From Kudoa neothunni (lineage: Eukaryota > Animalia > Cnidaria), in NCBI GenBank assembly GCA_964304625.1, contig OZ199838.1, forward strand, positions 11,371,608 to 11,435,607: a stretch of DNA of 64,000 bases. The letters run 5' to 3'. How positions within the stretch are numbered: position 1 is the stretch's first letter; each line of letters opens with the position of its first letter. Both the position numbers and the translations under genes were made by a program. Shown here piece after piece: positions 13,323 through 26,431 of the stretch. The notes under the pieces are model-generated. The model ran no database searches, was not told the origin of the DNA, and saw nothing but the letters and a program-made list of their open reading frames with translations.

Positions 13323-14435
13323 ATGAATTGTATGAACAAAGTATTTCACACCTTAATTATTACCAAAGTTCAATCATAACAAATCTTCCTGTTTAGATTG
13401 TTGCTGTGTTTTCTGGTGAAAACACTATATTTCATGCGGTTTTTGCACCTATATCCTTCGTTTTATCTATTATAGTATTGTAATTAAACCATCACTATCG
13501 TGGGGTAGTTTCTGATTGGGTTAAACTTTAATTTTCTAGGGTACTACTCAATCATCGTGGATACCATTTTGAATACTACCCAAGGACAATAAGGTATTGA
13601 TACATTTTATTTGTCACTGTTCTTATTTATATGATTATTAGTGAGTATGCAGAAGATCCATTCGCCGGACAAATTTTTCGTGCACTACTTTTGTTGTCAT
13701 TCTTATCAAGTAATTTACCCTCTCACTGGTGTTGCATATTTTAACGTTCTCCAAATTTAGCTATGTGTGTAATCGTTGGTAGATACAAACGTATAAAGAT
13801 GTCCAATTTCAACACGGGATTAAATGATTTTGTGTTATGTTTCACCGTGATAAATTCTTTGGGTTTACCTTTGATGTTTACGTTTCCTGTAAATAATATT
13901 GCAATATTAAAATTTTTAATACTCACTAACATTCTAATTTAGAGCTCATACAACAAATATGTACATAATATATGTGCGTTTTTGTTTTTCTTTATCTCCA
14001 CTCTCTATCTACTGTTTAATGCATTGTATTCAAAACACTGCTATAGAAATGGTTTTCTCAAAGAGATTATCTACAAAAAACTTTTCATTTACAGAGGAAT
14101 ATTGGCTGTAGTTTCAATCATACTTCTAATTGCTCAATATTATGGTAGGATTATCACAACTTTATGTTTGTTAATTATGATTCATTATATTTTTAGTGGT
14201 ATGTTTGGAATTTTTCCCAGAATATTTGGCCGCTCAACGTCACATCACATATGACGTGATTCGATTAACTTATTCTTCTATTTTTCTTTACAAAATTCTT
14301 TAGCAATTAAATCAATTTGGCACCTGGTTAGAATATGGAAACATCCTGGTCTTGTTCGCGGGCTTTATATCCTATGCTTTCGATCTAAATGATCCGTCCG
14401 GAAAGGAAAATATAGAAGAATATCAAAAACTATAA
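13323..14435 (+). CDS. DRAM/TMEM150-like membrane protein, paralogue C, 8 exons, intact
   Basis: MNCMNK|IVAVFSGENTIFHAVFAP...YYPRTIS|EYAEDPFAGQIFRALL...VGRYKRI...|SSYNKYVHNIC...|QLNQFGTWLEYGNILVLFAGFISYAFDL...EEYQKL*. Exon structure identical to B. Confidence 0.82.
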
Positions 14436-15399
14436 AAATTTAAAATAGTCCGTATTAATATCCTTTATCCTATATGGTGGATTTTATTTCGCTTATCATT
14501 TAATTTGTGTTCCAATGATTAAAAAATTCAGTTGTATAATATTGTCATTTTGTCCTTAATTTTTAAAATAGATTTCTATAGGTTCGTGGCATGGATTTAA
14601 TTGATTTTATTTATTTACGTATTCTCTCGCATGTATATTACGAAAAATATAATTATATTTAGTATAATTTCATTATCAAATATAAATTTGTAAACTTACC
14701 TAGTTTTTTTAGAGTTGAGCTAGGAAATCTCCACTTACTCTTCACATGCCTAAAAAGTGTTTTTGTTTAATGATTAAAAATCAACATTCATTTGGGGCCA
14801 TATTTATTTGATTATATAATTGTTTTCTTATAACTAAAATGAATTTAAAACATATTTAAATATTTTTTTTATTTAAGATTTTAAAAGAACAATTTGACAG
14901 GCTTATAAAAACTATAGTCCTGAACTTTAACGAAATATCACGTGCAATAAAAATATATTCCAATTATATTTTTTATTAAAAAATTATCTATTGTATTTTT
15001 TTAAATTTATTAACGAGAAAATAAGTCAAAATTTAAAAATTAACGTTTATGTTTATTATTGGGATTTGAAACAGACGATTCCTGCGAAAAATAATCTCTC
15101 AAGCTGTCATAACAAATTAATAAAAATCTGCCAAATAATTAATTAATTAATAATTAATAAATTAAAATTACATTAATAGGCGAATTTTTTGTAAAATAAA
15201 GTAGTCATTGTCTTTGGTTTTAAGTCGGATTCTTATTTCCGAACGTCCCAAAATTTAAAACATTGTGTACGTGTGTAGTTTCTAACATATTTCGACTTTT
15301 ATGTTATTACTTCGTAGATTTTACCCTATCAGAATTGAGCTATTTTAAATTTCTTCAAGAAAAATCATTATAGCTTCTTTATACCTAATGTTTTCGATA

Positions 15400-15545
15400 G
15401 TGGTGGATAAATGACACGGCCGTTTGTCCATTCGACCCTGAACATTAAGCTACGAGTTCAAGTCCGACCCTGGGAAAACCATGCTTCTACACATTGTGTC
15501 TCAATTTCGTAATGTAAACTGTAGTAAACAGAGTAAACACACACT
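15400..15545 (+). repeat. Possible degenerate tRNA-derived SINE head
   Basis: GC-richer patch with a B-box match (gagttcaagtcc, ~15455). Boundaries and A box are unclear. Confidence 0.3.
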
Positions 15546-17781
15546 ATAATTGTCTATGTATCTGTAGTTATAGCTCATTCCGGTGAGTCGGATTGGATTA
15601 AACGTTTCAGCCATCTCGAAAGTATTAATTGGTGAAAATCGTACCTTGCAACCATCAAAGAACAAATGTTTCTAAAGTGGAAAAAAATGGTGTTTGAGAT
15701 GATTTACGTCTCAATAAATAGGAGGTTTAGGGCAGACTAGTTTAATAAGCCATTGCAGTTTTGTAAGAACTTAAGTTACATGTGATTGGTCGCCAAGGTT
15801 ACGATGCTCATGCAGATTATAAATATGGCGTTACCAATTTCTTAATGAAACGAAACACAGATTTTAAGTATGTTTTTAATTTTTATCAATGAGAATTCGT
15901 ATAAAAATATCGTATTACTTAACCAGCTCGAATAACAGAAAAATCATGCGAATAAAGATAGAATTCCTATCCTCATCAAACTATTACTAGATAACATTAG
16001 GCTTTCATTTGTTTTCCAATCTGGATATTTATTGTATGATTGGTACCGTTATTTGTGAGCAGAGACGCATTAATTTACAATTTTTTGAAATCTATTTGAT
16101 ATATATTTTTATAAGGACAACCTCAAATAATTTAACTGAAAAATGCATGAATCCACATCTCAGAAACATTTTCGATTCGTCTGTTAGAATTTATTATAGG
16201 AATAATTTAGCTTGGCTATTAACTATTTTAACATTATCATCTATATTAAATAAATAATGTCTCAATATTACAAATGTAATATTTGTATTCATACAATTAA
16301 TTAGAATTATATGAAAATCAACGTATATTCTAATAATGAGCCTGTAACATTTTATAGTCAAGTTATTGTGTGAAATTTTAAATAAAATCATTTTAACAAT
16401 TATGTAATAAAACTACTAAGATAACAGTTACAACTTTTCTTTAATTCACTTTTACCAATAATCAAACAAAACTTTATTTCGTCATCAATGTATTTGATAA
16501 TGGATAAATTTAAACAGATGTGATTAAGACCATCGATGCTTTTAACTCGCTTACTAAATCACCAACTCCACAGATTGAACTATCATTGTTAAAAAGCTGG
16601 TTGTTAATATTACAAAATAAATTATGATCTTTCTGTCTGAAAAACTGAAATAAAAAAGGTTCATTATTTTGGACAAATCATTTTGGTAACTTTCTTATTT
16701 TTATGACCATTAATTATGTTTTCATTAAAATTTATTAATTTAGAAATGTCAAATAAAATCGTAAAAATATTATTCCAGGCTCTATGGACGATTCATATAT
16801 TATAATAAAAATAAAGTTTAATTTTATGTAGAGACATGATACACCGAGTGGGTTCGGTCTGAATTTAATGGTTCGGCTGGAAATACTAAGCATAGAGTTA
16901 ACTAATTTTACATTGAGGCTCAACTCATAATGTCCATTACATTAATTAAATATATGACGAGTTGAGAATAAAACATTATGTGTTTTAAACCATTTACGTT
17001 GTATTATAATTTCCTCTATATGTTAAAGTCTACTTCCCAATCGTCATAATTTTTGAAATAAAAATTTTCTTCTCGTCTGTTTTATCAAATTCATAAAAGG
17101 CCCGTTCCTAATTTCGGCTACAAGATAATTGCCCTGGAATATTTGTAAAGATTTTCGAATTCATTTTTCCAGTTCACCATACTTACAAATTAAATAATCA
17201 TTTTCATAATCAATTATAATATTTCTTAAATTGATGACTTCATGTGGGTCTCAGAGTGTGCAGGAGAAATTATGTTTCGGTCTATATAAGAAATCATTTA
17301 GTTTGGAATATTTCAATTTTTTTTATAACATTAAAAATTTTGTTAAATTGGTTGTCTAAGTAGTAATATTTAATGTAAATAATTCGATTATAGATCAAAA
17401 TCTTTCTAAAATAATTAATCATAGAAACTTGTAGGAGTTTTGGTTCTTCACGCGACACGTTTGTTTAAAGGAGACATTGCTTTTTAAAGAAAATTCCATT
17501 TTTATAGGCAGAGGCAAGTGTCACGGTAAAATTTAATCCTAAATGGCATGCTCGCGTACGCGAAGAGAATTTTCAATTTCAGCAACTCCAACTTACAAGC
17601 TGGTTACAGATTTAATTTATTAGAATCTGTTATATTTAATTATTTCTGGCCCACCGCTCCGCGCTTAGAAACCAGAAATAATTGAATATAGTCAAAACTA
17701 GTGCAACCTGGTTATTATTTACCATGCCAATAGCCATCTCTATTTTTATATTCGAATAATAAAAAGTTAATTTTAAAAATA

Positions 17782-18980
17782 CGGTCAAACCTCGATTATC
17801 CGGAAGATTTGGGACTGCCAATTTTCTTTCCGGGTAGCGAGGTTCCGGTTAATCGAACATACACATTATCTTACGCGCACTCGTTGTTTAAAAATTTCTG
17901 CTTAAAGGATTGTATACTTGAGTAATAAGCAATTTTTTACTATTCATTTAATAAAATATTTTAACTTCTGTCGGTTAAAATGTAGAATAATGACCGCATT
18001 TTACGATTGAAGATAATAATTAGTTCGTACATTAATCCTACATTTTATAAATTAAATTAGTGTGATATTTGTTGAACAATTTGTGATAGAAATGAGTGGA
18101 TTTCATCCAACAATTTATTTTTTAAATTGTATTTAAGCAATTGTTATAATTAATCATTTAATGCCGGCATAAAATATGGAAAATCTATCCCTAAAGATAT
18201 GGAATTAATAATATGCAATCGCTAATGATGAAATATGATAATCGATAAAAAATCGTAATCGCCACAATCAAATTTTAGGATGAATAAAGCATGCTTTACT
18301 CCATCAATTAAATGGTATGGCCTGTGGAAATAATTACGTGGGGCTAGCAGTTATTTATATGATCGAATATAAAATAAACTATTATTGATAACAAATACAA
18401 TGCCGAAAGTAACCTACTGGTGATGAAACAATGATAAATACAAAGAATTAAAATAATCAACAGGTTCGATTTTTATCATGTTCGCTGATTTGGATTATGT
18501 GCACTATTCTACATTTTAACCATTCTTCCATTTAAATTAAAAATATTGATACATCTATTAACTAAGAATATGGAGACTTAAAGGAACAACAATACACAAT
18601 TATGGCAGTTTTTACACGTCTACAGAGGAATAAGCTGTTTTTTTTAATTGGTAACTAATGTATGTTTAATATACATAAAGGTATACTTTCAGATATAGTA
18701 CAAATTTGTATAAGAACTGGATGCTTTACATAAGATTTATAAGAAAAATTTATTAATAAATAACCTAGAAATATTTTTGTTTTAAATATTGCGTTGGTAT
18801 ATATGCTACATAGTATATGTCGTATGGTGATGGGTGCTACTTTTATCCGGAAATGCAATAAAATAATTCCTCCTGTTTCCGGTTATCGAGGATCCGGATA
18901 ATCGAACATTTATCGACACGTAATGTCAATAAAATCCAAATAAAATTTCAAATTTCTTCTGGATAATCGAGGTTCGACCT
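17782..18980. mobile_element. pogo/Tigger-type MITE containing a nested insertion
   Basis: Left ta-cggtcaaacctcgattatccggaaga and right tcttctggataatcgaggttcgacc are inverted repeats. Internal reiterated ccgg(a/t)taatcga motifs. Confidence 0.8.
17973..18521. mobile_element. Nested MITE with 17-bp TIR; related fragment near 11900-12130
   Basis: ggttaaaatgtagaata ... tattctacattttaacc is a perfect inverted repeat. The internal tagtgtgatattt-ttgaa-aattt segment recurs at ~11920. Confidence 0.65.
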
Positions 18981-19811
18981 CATTGATAAAGGCTTTAAAA
19001 CATCTACACATTAAAAAGGAAGTAATTAAAGAACAATTAATCGGTTGGATTTATCAATTTGTTAACTAATGAGAATTTTATTGGAAAGTTAGATAATTAC
19101 TGTAGAGATAAGCATAAACCATTTATTAATAAAATTAAAATAATAGCTATATTTAAGTTTAATAATATATAAATACAAATTATTTCATATCGAATTATTG
19201 GGGTGCGATTGTGGATCAAACTCATAGCAGTCATATGTATGAAAGATCTATCATCACGTATTTATGTTTTACTGTGGAAAACAAGGTATCTGGAGTACCA
19301 CTAATCCTTTTTATAATTTTATGCGTAATACAAAGTGTCAAATCGATTAAAAATCTATCACAAAAAATATAATTATCAGTAAGTTTGATTTTTTATACTT
19401 ATTTTGTCATCAAGCTTTATTTAGAAAGTATTACCGATGTAAAAATTATTTGGATTTTTTATAATGAGGTGCTTTGATAATTCACAAAGGTTCCGTCTTT
19501 GGAGATAAGGACTTTTAGCTTACAACTTCAGCCTACACTATCCCCGTTATAATCTACTAGTGCTTTAACGACTTGACCCAATTTCTATATATATAAACAG
19601 CAATGTTTTGTCATAAATATATATCCATGATGAAACTTCCTGTTTGAGAATATCAAAGTGAATATACCTATTCCTTATCACACTTTTCTCCTTATTATTA
19701 AACTCAGGGATGTATAAAATAATCTAATAAATTTTATCTTTAGGTTCTTATTATTGGATTCAGGGCTAGCTTGTCTCAATTAGATTTAAAGGATTTTGGA
19801 TATACTACATT

Positions 19812-20910
19812 ATGAATTGTCTTTACAATGTATTCACTCTTATTCCATCAAGTTTGAGATACTACAACGATGTGATTTCGAATAGGTTATCGCCATTATT
19901 ACTGGTGAGGATGCAATATTCCATGCAGTTTTTGCTCCAACCTCCTTCATTATTTCGATTTTGATTTTGTAATTGAGCCAACTCTTAGCGCGTAGAGTTT
20001 GATTTAATTTAAAATCAATAGAGTAATAACTAATCACAGTGGTTATCTATTTGACTACTATCCACGATCTATAAGGTATTTTTTAAATTTCGTTATTCTT
20101 ATTGACATGTCCGTTAGCGACTTTGCTGAAGATTACTTTTCTGGTAAAATATTCCGTATCCTCATTTTGTTACCATTCTTATCAAGTAATCTACCATAGA
20201 TTTAACTCATATCATTTATTAACATATTATTTAGATTTATGTGTTATTGTTAGTCGATATAAACGCATAAGAATGTCCGACTTCAGCAGTGGGTTCAATA
20301 ATTTCGTTTTATGCTTCACTGTGTTGGCTTCATTTCTCCCTTCCTTTGATGTTTTCCATTCTGGTATAACAACAATTTCGATTTATAGTTGGAATAATTC
20401 TCATGTGCTACAGAATTCGGACGACAAATATGTGCACAATACATTGGGGATTTTGCTGCTCCTCGCTCTGGCGTACTACCTACTTTTCAACGCTCTCTTC
20501 TCCAAACACTGTTACAATAATTCGCTCTCCAACAACTTTATTCACAAAAAGTTATTCATCTACAGGTTGATATTGGCTTTACTTTCGTTTTCATGCTGGG
20601 TAGTCCAGTGCATTCGTATGCTAGACCTTATCCTTTAAGAAGCTCAATAGATTTGTTGTAGTGGGATTTTTTAAGCTTTTCCCCGAGTATATCGAGAAAA
20701 ATGATTACTTTACAAATAGAGTAAAATAATTTTCACGCCATTAAAAATCGATTTAATATTTTTTAGAGGATAAATCAAGGCTGTGCTTTATTTGAATATG
20801 CTAACATTATGGTTCTAGCTATGGGTTCCTTATCTTACTCTTTCGATATGTATTGCCCACCGGAAAAAGAACCTTTTGAGGACGACAAGTTGAACAGTGA
20901 AGAAGACTAA
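19812..20910 (+). CDS. DRAM/TMEM150-like membrane protein, paralogue D, 8 exons, one apparent +1 indel near 20340
   Basis: MNCLYN|VIAIITGEDAIFHAVFAP...YYPRSIS|DFAEDYFSGKIF...VSRYKRI...|NSDDKYVHNTLG...|RINQGCALFEYANIMVLAMGSLSYSFDM...SEED*. Removing one C from ctccct restores FLLPLMFSIL and the phase-0 donor seen in B and C. Confidence 0.8.
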
Positions 20911-21216
20911 ATTTTAATACTCAACACTTGTATTTGCTTTACAAGTTTTCGGCTTATTGATTCCATCACATTATAGTCTATATTTTCAAAGTTTCTATTT
21001 AATGAATTGCAGTTTTATGCTCTTAAATGGTTATGGCTGAACCACAGGTACAGCCGTCTTAAAATAATTTTAATAAATAGGTTTTCTGATGTACAATAAA
21101 CAATATATCAGTGTTTCCATTAATATTCGCAAGAGTATTCATCTATTCATAACCAAAAATAAAACTCTTCAAAGTCTTGGAGGCTATAAATTAATCATTC
21201 TGCCATAACAGATTTC

Positions 21217-21889
21217 TTAACCCTCAAATGTACCGAAAACCAATTGCATTCTGAAGGACCCTGACGTATAAAATTACCCCAGGTTTTTATTTTATAATTT
21301 GTTACAAAAAATTTTCATAATAAAAAACACTGAAAATTGTAATGGATATACAAAACGAATACAGTGTTACAGCGTAAAGAAATTTGTTATCTCGATAATT
21401 CTACAAAAGGTGGAGTTATACTCTTGATCGAGTAGTAAGGTATTTTTCGGTAGAAAGAAAACCACGAAGGTGGCCAATGGCTCTTTTCCAAAATTTGTTA
21501 GACATCGATGCATATAATACCTTCTTGTTTTATTGCCAAAACCATCCCGCATTCTTGAATAAATATAGAAAACGATCCAGAACAGAATTTCTAAAATTAC
21601 TCACAAACGAGCTTTTACCATTTAAAAGTCCCGTAACAGGCATTCCATCCTTAAAAAGGTCTAAAATCTTCCAAAAAAAACGTCACCGCATTGCAAATTA
21701 CGCAATAAATGGGTGCAAAATTTCATAATAAAGAAATAATTTGTATTTAATGTTTAAACTTAAATAATATCAATTAGAATTTTTTGAATTTTAAAAACTT
21801 TCCCGTGGGTTCATTTTTTTAGTTGGGGGTCAAAAATTCCCACCATTGCGAGTTAACGTAAGTTTTTTGCACATGTGTACGAGGGTTGA
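21217..21889 (+). mobile_element. piggyBac deletion derivative with a transposase C-terminal remnant
   Basis: Starts ttaa-ccct and ends aggg-ttga. The internal frame RRWPMALFQNLLDIDAYNTFLFY...RTEFLKLLTNELL matches the piggyBac RW..F..LLD...N...Y / R..FL..L...L region. Confidence 0.7.
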
Positions 21890-22300
21890 TCTATTGAATC
21901 GCCGCCACTCTATTAAATTTTAAAATTATATAAAGGCAGAAATTCAAATTTCATATATACATATATTAAATTTAAAATGAAATTTCGTATGTTTACAATA
22001 AATGTACTGATATGTATAGATATCTCATAATTTTGAATAATAATTTAGTTCCAATATAAAGATTAAATTTGATAATTATTAATTTAACTAAGAATTAATA
22101 TATATTTTTGTTTGATATTGTATGTTACATTATATAATTTACTTACTTTTTTGATTGTACGATGTAATTTAATATTTTTGCCTCTAAATAAATTTCTGGA
22201 TCAATTTGAATGCTGATTTATTTTGTTAAACTGGGTTAAAAAACCTATTTAACGCGGGTAGCAACAGCGTTATAACATAATCAGTAAAACTGAAAGCTAA

Positions 22301-24233
22301 TTAACCCTCTAACGGAATTGGGGTCTGTGGGACCCCAGTGCCACATTATATTTCCCATAATATTTGTTCTAATATACGTTCAAGTCTTTAATCTTGGCTA
22401 TTCTTATATATTTATGTAAAGTATATGTTGACATATTTTTAGCTTATAACTTCTATTACATAACACGAAAATAAAAATCCATCCTCAAACGGACTTTGAG
22501 GCCTATGCGACCCCAGGTTTTTTTGCTACATTTAATTGAAAAATTATGAAATGCGATCTTTGAAGTATTAAGTAATTCTATCGACACAATATCAAGAAAA
22601 TCGCTGATTACTGTAGGAAATAATCTTTGATAATTAGGTACGGGAAGACTAGTCCGGAGCCCCCTAATCTGTTGTTACACCCGCATTGCAATGCCGTTGT
22701 CATTTGCTTGTAATCACAGCTTATAAACCACAAAATGAGTTAATTTAAAAATATTCACATTATTTTTTATAAACAACAATATTTTAATAGGTAAAGTTAA
22801 ATTTTTTGTAGCATTTTATAGTGTTTCACTTAGTTCATCTTCCCTTTTTATAATAACTGGTGTATTTGATAACGAAGAGTCGTTCTCGTTATTTCAGTGA
22901 CAAATCCCATCTTTCAGTAACGATTTTGATGAAACAACATTTGAAGTATCTAAATGTTCGAATGAAATACCAGAGCTAAGCTATCAATAAATTTTACAAA
23001 CAACAAAAGCGGAATGATTTTATGACTAAGTAAGCCACGATCGTCATGAAATTCAGTTTAGAATATCACGGAGTGTAATCCTATCCCAGTTCTTTTTGTT
23101 TGTAGAGAGCCCAGAATACATTTTGGGTTGTTTCAATATATTTTTTGCTGTTGCCGTTTGTCAGGTGATGATAATGCAAGCTAATATAATTTGAAAATTA
23201 CATTTTCATAAATCTCGGCCCAACATGGATGATGTTGGACGGAGAAAATTAATCGGAAACCTAATGTTAACTCGTGCACATAAGGATTGAGTAGAGCCTA
23301 TGTTAGAATAATTTAGTTCGGTCGGTGGTAAAACATATGTATGTTCTTTTTTTTCAATTATTTTCAGTAAATATTAAGGTATCTATATTTTCGTAATCAA
23401 ATATCGGATCTGAAAGGATTGAATTAGACAAGTTTTGTCCAAGTCAATATATTTACACATGTGTGTTGAAATCTCTCCTGTGTTTTTATCCTAATGAAGA
23501 CATTACTGTTGATACATAGTTTTATCTTTCAGAATAAGCTGCTCATTCAAGTAATACATGCCTATGAATTCAACTAATTTAGCTGAATGTGACCTATTGT
23601 GGGTTCTACATATTAAAATTAAAATTGGTCGTTTCCATTTGTCTATGTAGACATATCTTCGAAGAGGAAAAAATGTTAAGATGTGATTTCTTGAATGAGT
23701 TGGTTTTATCTATGTACATTCAGCAATTGGAAAGAACTATAAACGAAAATAATTATATACGAAACGCTTCCAGTATATATTGATAAAATTAGATTTCAAT
23801 TTAAACAAAAAGTGGTAAATTTTGGATGGACATGATAGGTTGAAAATATCTCATTGTTAGTGTGTGAGTATTTATATTGTAGTGTTACTTCTAACACAAA
23901 ACTTTAGCCCAGAATAGTTAATAATAAAAAAATATTCATATTGAAAACCCATTTGTTTAAAAAACTTATTCGTGAATATATTTGACTAACATTCTTCCAA
24001 GCGTGCTAATTTATATTCATTGCGTGTGACTGCAAAGCAGCGCCAGATCGGATTATTGTGGATTAATTTATTAAGTAAAATGTGATTTTCTAAGTAGTGT
24101 CGATAGAATTTTTGAAATAATGTAAGGATCACATTTCCATAATTATTTAATTAGATTAAGCCAAAAAAACCTGGACTCCACAGACCCCAAAGTCCGTTGG
24201 AGAGTGTTTATTTTTCGGTCCGTTAGAGGTTAA
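22301..24233 (+). mobile_element. Fossil piggyBac transposon with TTAA TSD, TIRs and long subterminal inverted repeats
   Basis: ttaa-ccctctaacgga (22301) and tccgttagagg-ttaa (24233). Segment ~22485-22605 is an inverted copy of ~24085-24203. Decayed transposase motif PNEDITVD...FRISCSFK*YMP at ~23490-23570. Confidence 0.85.
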
Positions 24234-24981
24234 AATAAATAATAATCTAAACAGAATTTTTTTACCTAGTCGATACATTATTTTTCTTTACTTTAATAAC
24301 TTGAAAGATTAATAAACATTAGTCATATCACTTTTATTCTTTACTCCTACTCTCATGTTAATCTAGTTTTTCAGTAAACTGATATGTATCAATTTTTTTC
24401 TTTTTTTGCAAAACATCACTGAGAATAAATTTTTAATTATAATTGAGGGTTCTAATTAATTAATAATTGGATTTTTAGAATGTTAACGTAATTATGCTTA
24501 TTTTATATCACAAACATATGCTATTTTGATACTCATTAAATCCAGATATCATTTGGTGTTCACTCGAGTAAAGGTATAGGTTTAGATAAGTTGATTTTGT
24601 GGTTACTGCATAATGATGTAAAATAATTCTAGAATGGATGAAAAATTTTTCCAAAGTCGATATTTAAAAATTCACAGAAATATTCAATCTTTATTCCAAA
24701 GTGTAAAGACCTAGAAATATCAACAAACATTAAAATCCAGAAAATATAATACAATTGCAAATCCTTTCTGATAATCTTTGATATTTTTGACACAATATAA
24801 ATATAGACTCAGTAACAGTTTATGTTAAGCAATCACTGCTAAAATTATTACAAATTTGAGGGAATTGGGTGCTTGTACATGAAACGTTTGAGGTAGATAA
24901 GTGACAAGAATTAGTTATAAAGATTAAGTTTGTCATATAAATACATTTAAGCTATTGAAATGATCATCCCCTGATTTTATT

Positions 24982-26431
24982 ATGAGTTATGGTGAGCAGG
25001 TAAATAATCATGTGGAAAATAAATGAAATTTATCCAATGGTATTTTAAGATTGTAGCTATAGTCATAGGAGAAAATGCAAAATTTCATGCTTTCTTTGCT
25101 CCGCTTTCAATTATCACTTCGATAATTTTTTTGTATGTAAAATAAGTCTGCTAGAGTTTCGCTACTATGAATGCACATTTACCATTCATATAGAATGGTG
25201 ATAAATTATACTCGGAAGAGTTTCCATTACTATCCTCAACACATAAGGTTAATTATTAGACGTTTCAAATTATTATTATTATATTCGATACTTTTATTAT
25301 TAAGTAATTTGGCTACGGACGAATTGGGTGGCCCCATATTTCAAGCATTGATATTATTTTCCAATGGTCTCATGTATGCATTGAAATTTTTACAAGAAAA
25401 TTTATTGTTGTCGTTCGCTATACGTCCAACTATCTTCTTTTATAGATTTATATGTTTACAAACATAGATATATACTCTTACGAAAAAGTAAATTTCAAAA
25501 TAAATTAAATGATATAACCATATGTGTGTGTTTGCTGTCAATACTTCTACTACCGTGTATCTTCATATTTCCTGTAATATTATGAGCATTCAAGCATAAA
25601 AACTATATTATTATCACACATTTAGATATCTTACAGCAAGAAACTTCACGAACTTTGTTCGTACGGCTTCTTTCTAATCTTGGCATACAACTTGTTTTTC
25701 AACACATTCTATTCAAAATATTGCTACAAGAATCAATTTGAAAATGCTCCACATAAGATTCTTTTTATCTATCGACTCATTGCAAGTGCATCGACATTAG
25801 CATTGACTATTATCCGATTTATCGAGTATTTTTAATCGTATTAATCAGAAATAATTTAAAATTAAGACAGTATGCATTGGTACACATTATGTATATAAAC
25901 TAGTTATAATATATTTTGACATTAATTAGTTAAACCGAATGAAATTTTAATTAAATTAGAAAAATTTGGTAAAAATAATTCTAGAGGCTAAATAAATTGT
26001 AAATTAAGGCTGGAACGTTAATTCTAATAAATTTCTATTAATTGATTCACAATCCAACAGAATTAATTTTCATCGATATTATTTAATTATAAAGTTACAA
26101 TTATTAAACGAATTGCGAAATAACAATGTTTACTTCATAATTTAAAATATTTTTTAATTCTGAATAATTTAGTTACCACTTTCAAACATACATCAAACGA
26201 TTACGAGGAGGTTAATGATGATAACTGGAAGGTAATTTTTTACTTCCCTTAAATATTAATTATATTACATAGGAGCTTAATATAATTCAAGGGTGCCTTC
26301 AGTATTTGAATATTTTATTTGTTCTCGCTGGGGTTTTTTCTTATGGATTCGACCTGAGCCCTCCTGGTAACAATGAAGAAAACCAAGATGATGTTATCCT
26401 AGGAAAAGAAAATCTTGAAGCTAATCAATAG
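24982..26431 (+). CDS. DRAM/TMEM150-like membrane protein, paralogue E, 8 exons, 1-2 apparent +1 indels
   Basis: MSYGEQ|IVAIVIGENAKFHAFFAP...HYYPQHIS|NLATDELGGPIFQAL...KHRYIL...|ISYSKKLHELC...LFIYRLI...|ELNIIQGCLQYLNILFVLAGVFSYGFDL...ANQ*. Phase conflicts at the T run near 25360 and at the donor near 25825. Confidence 0.75.
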
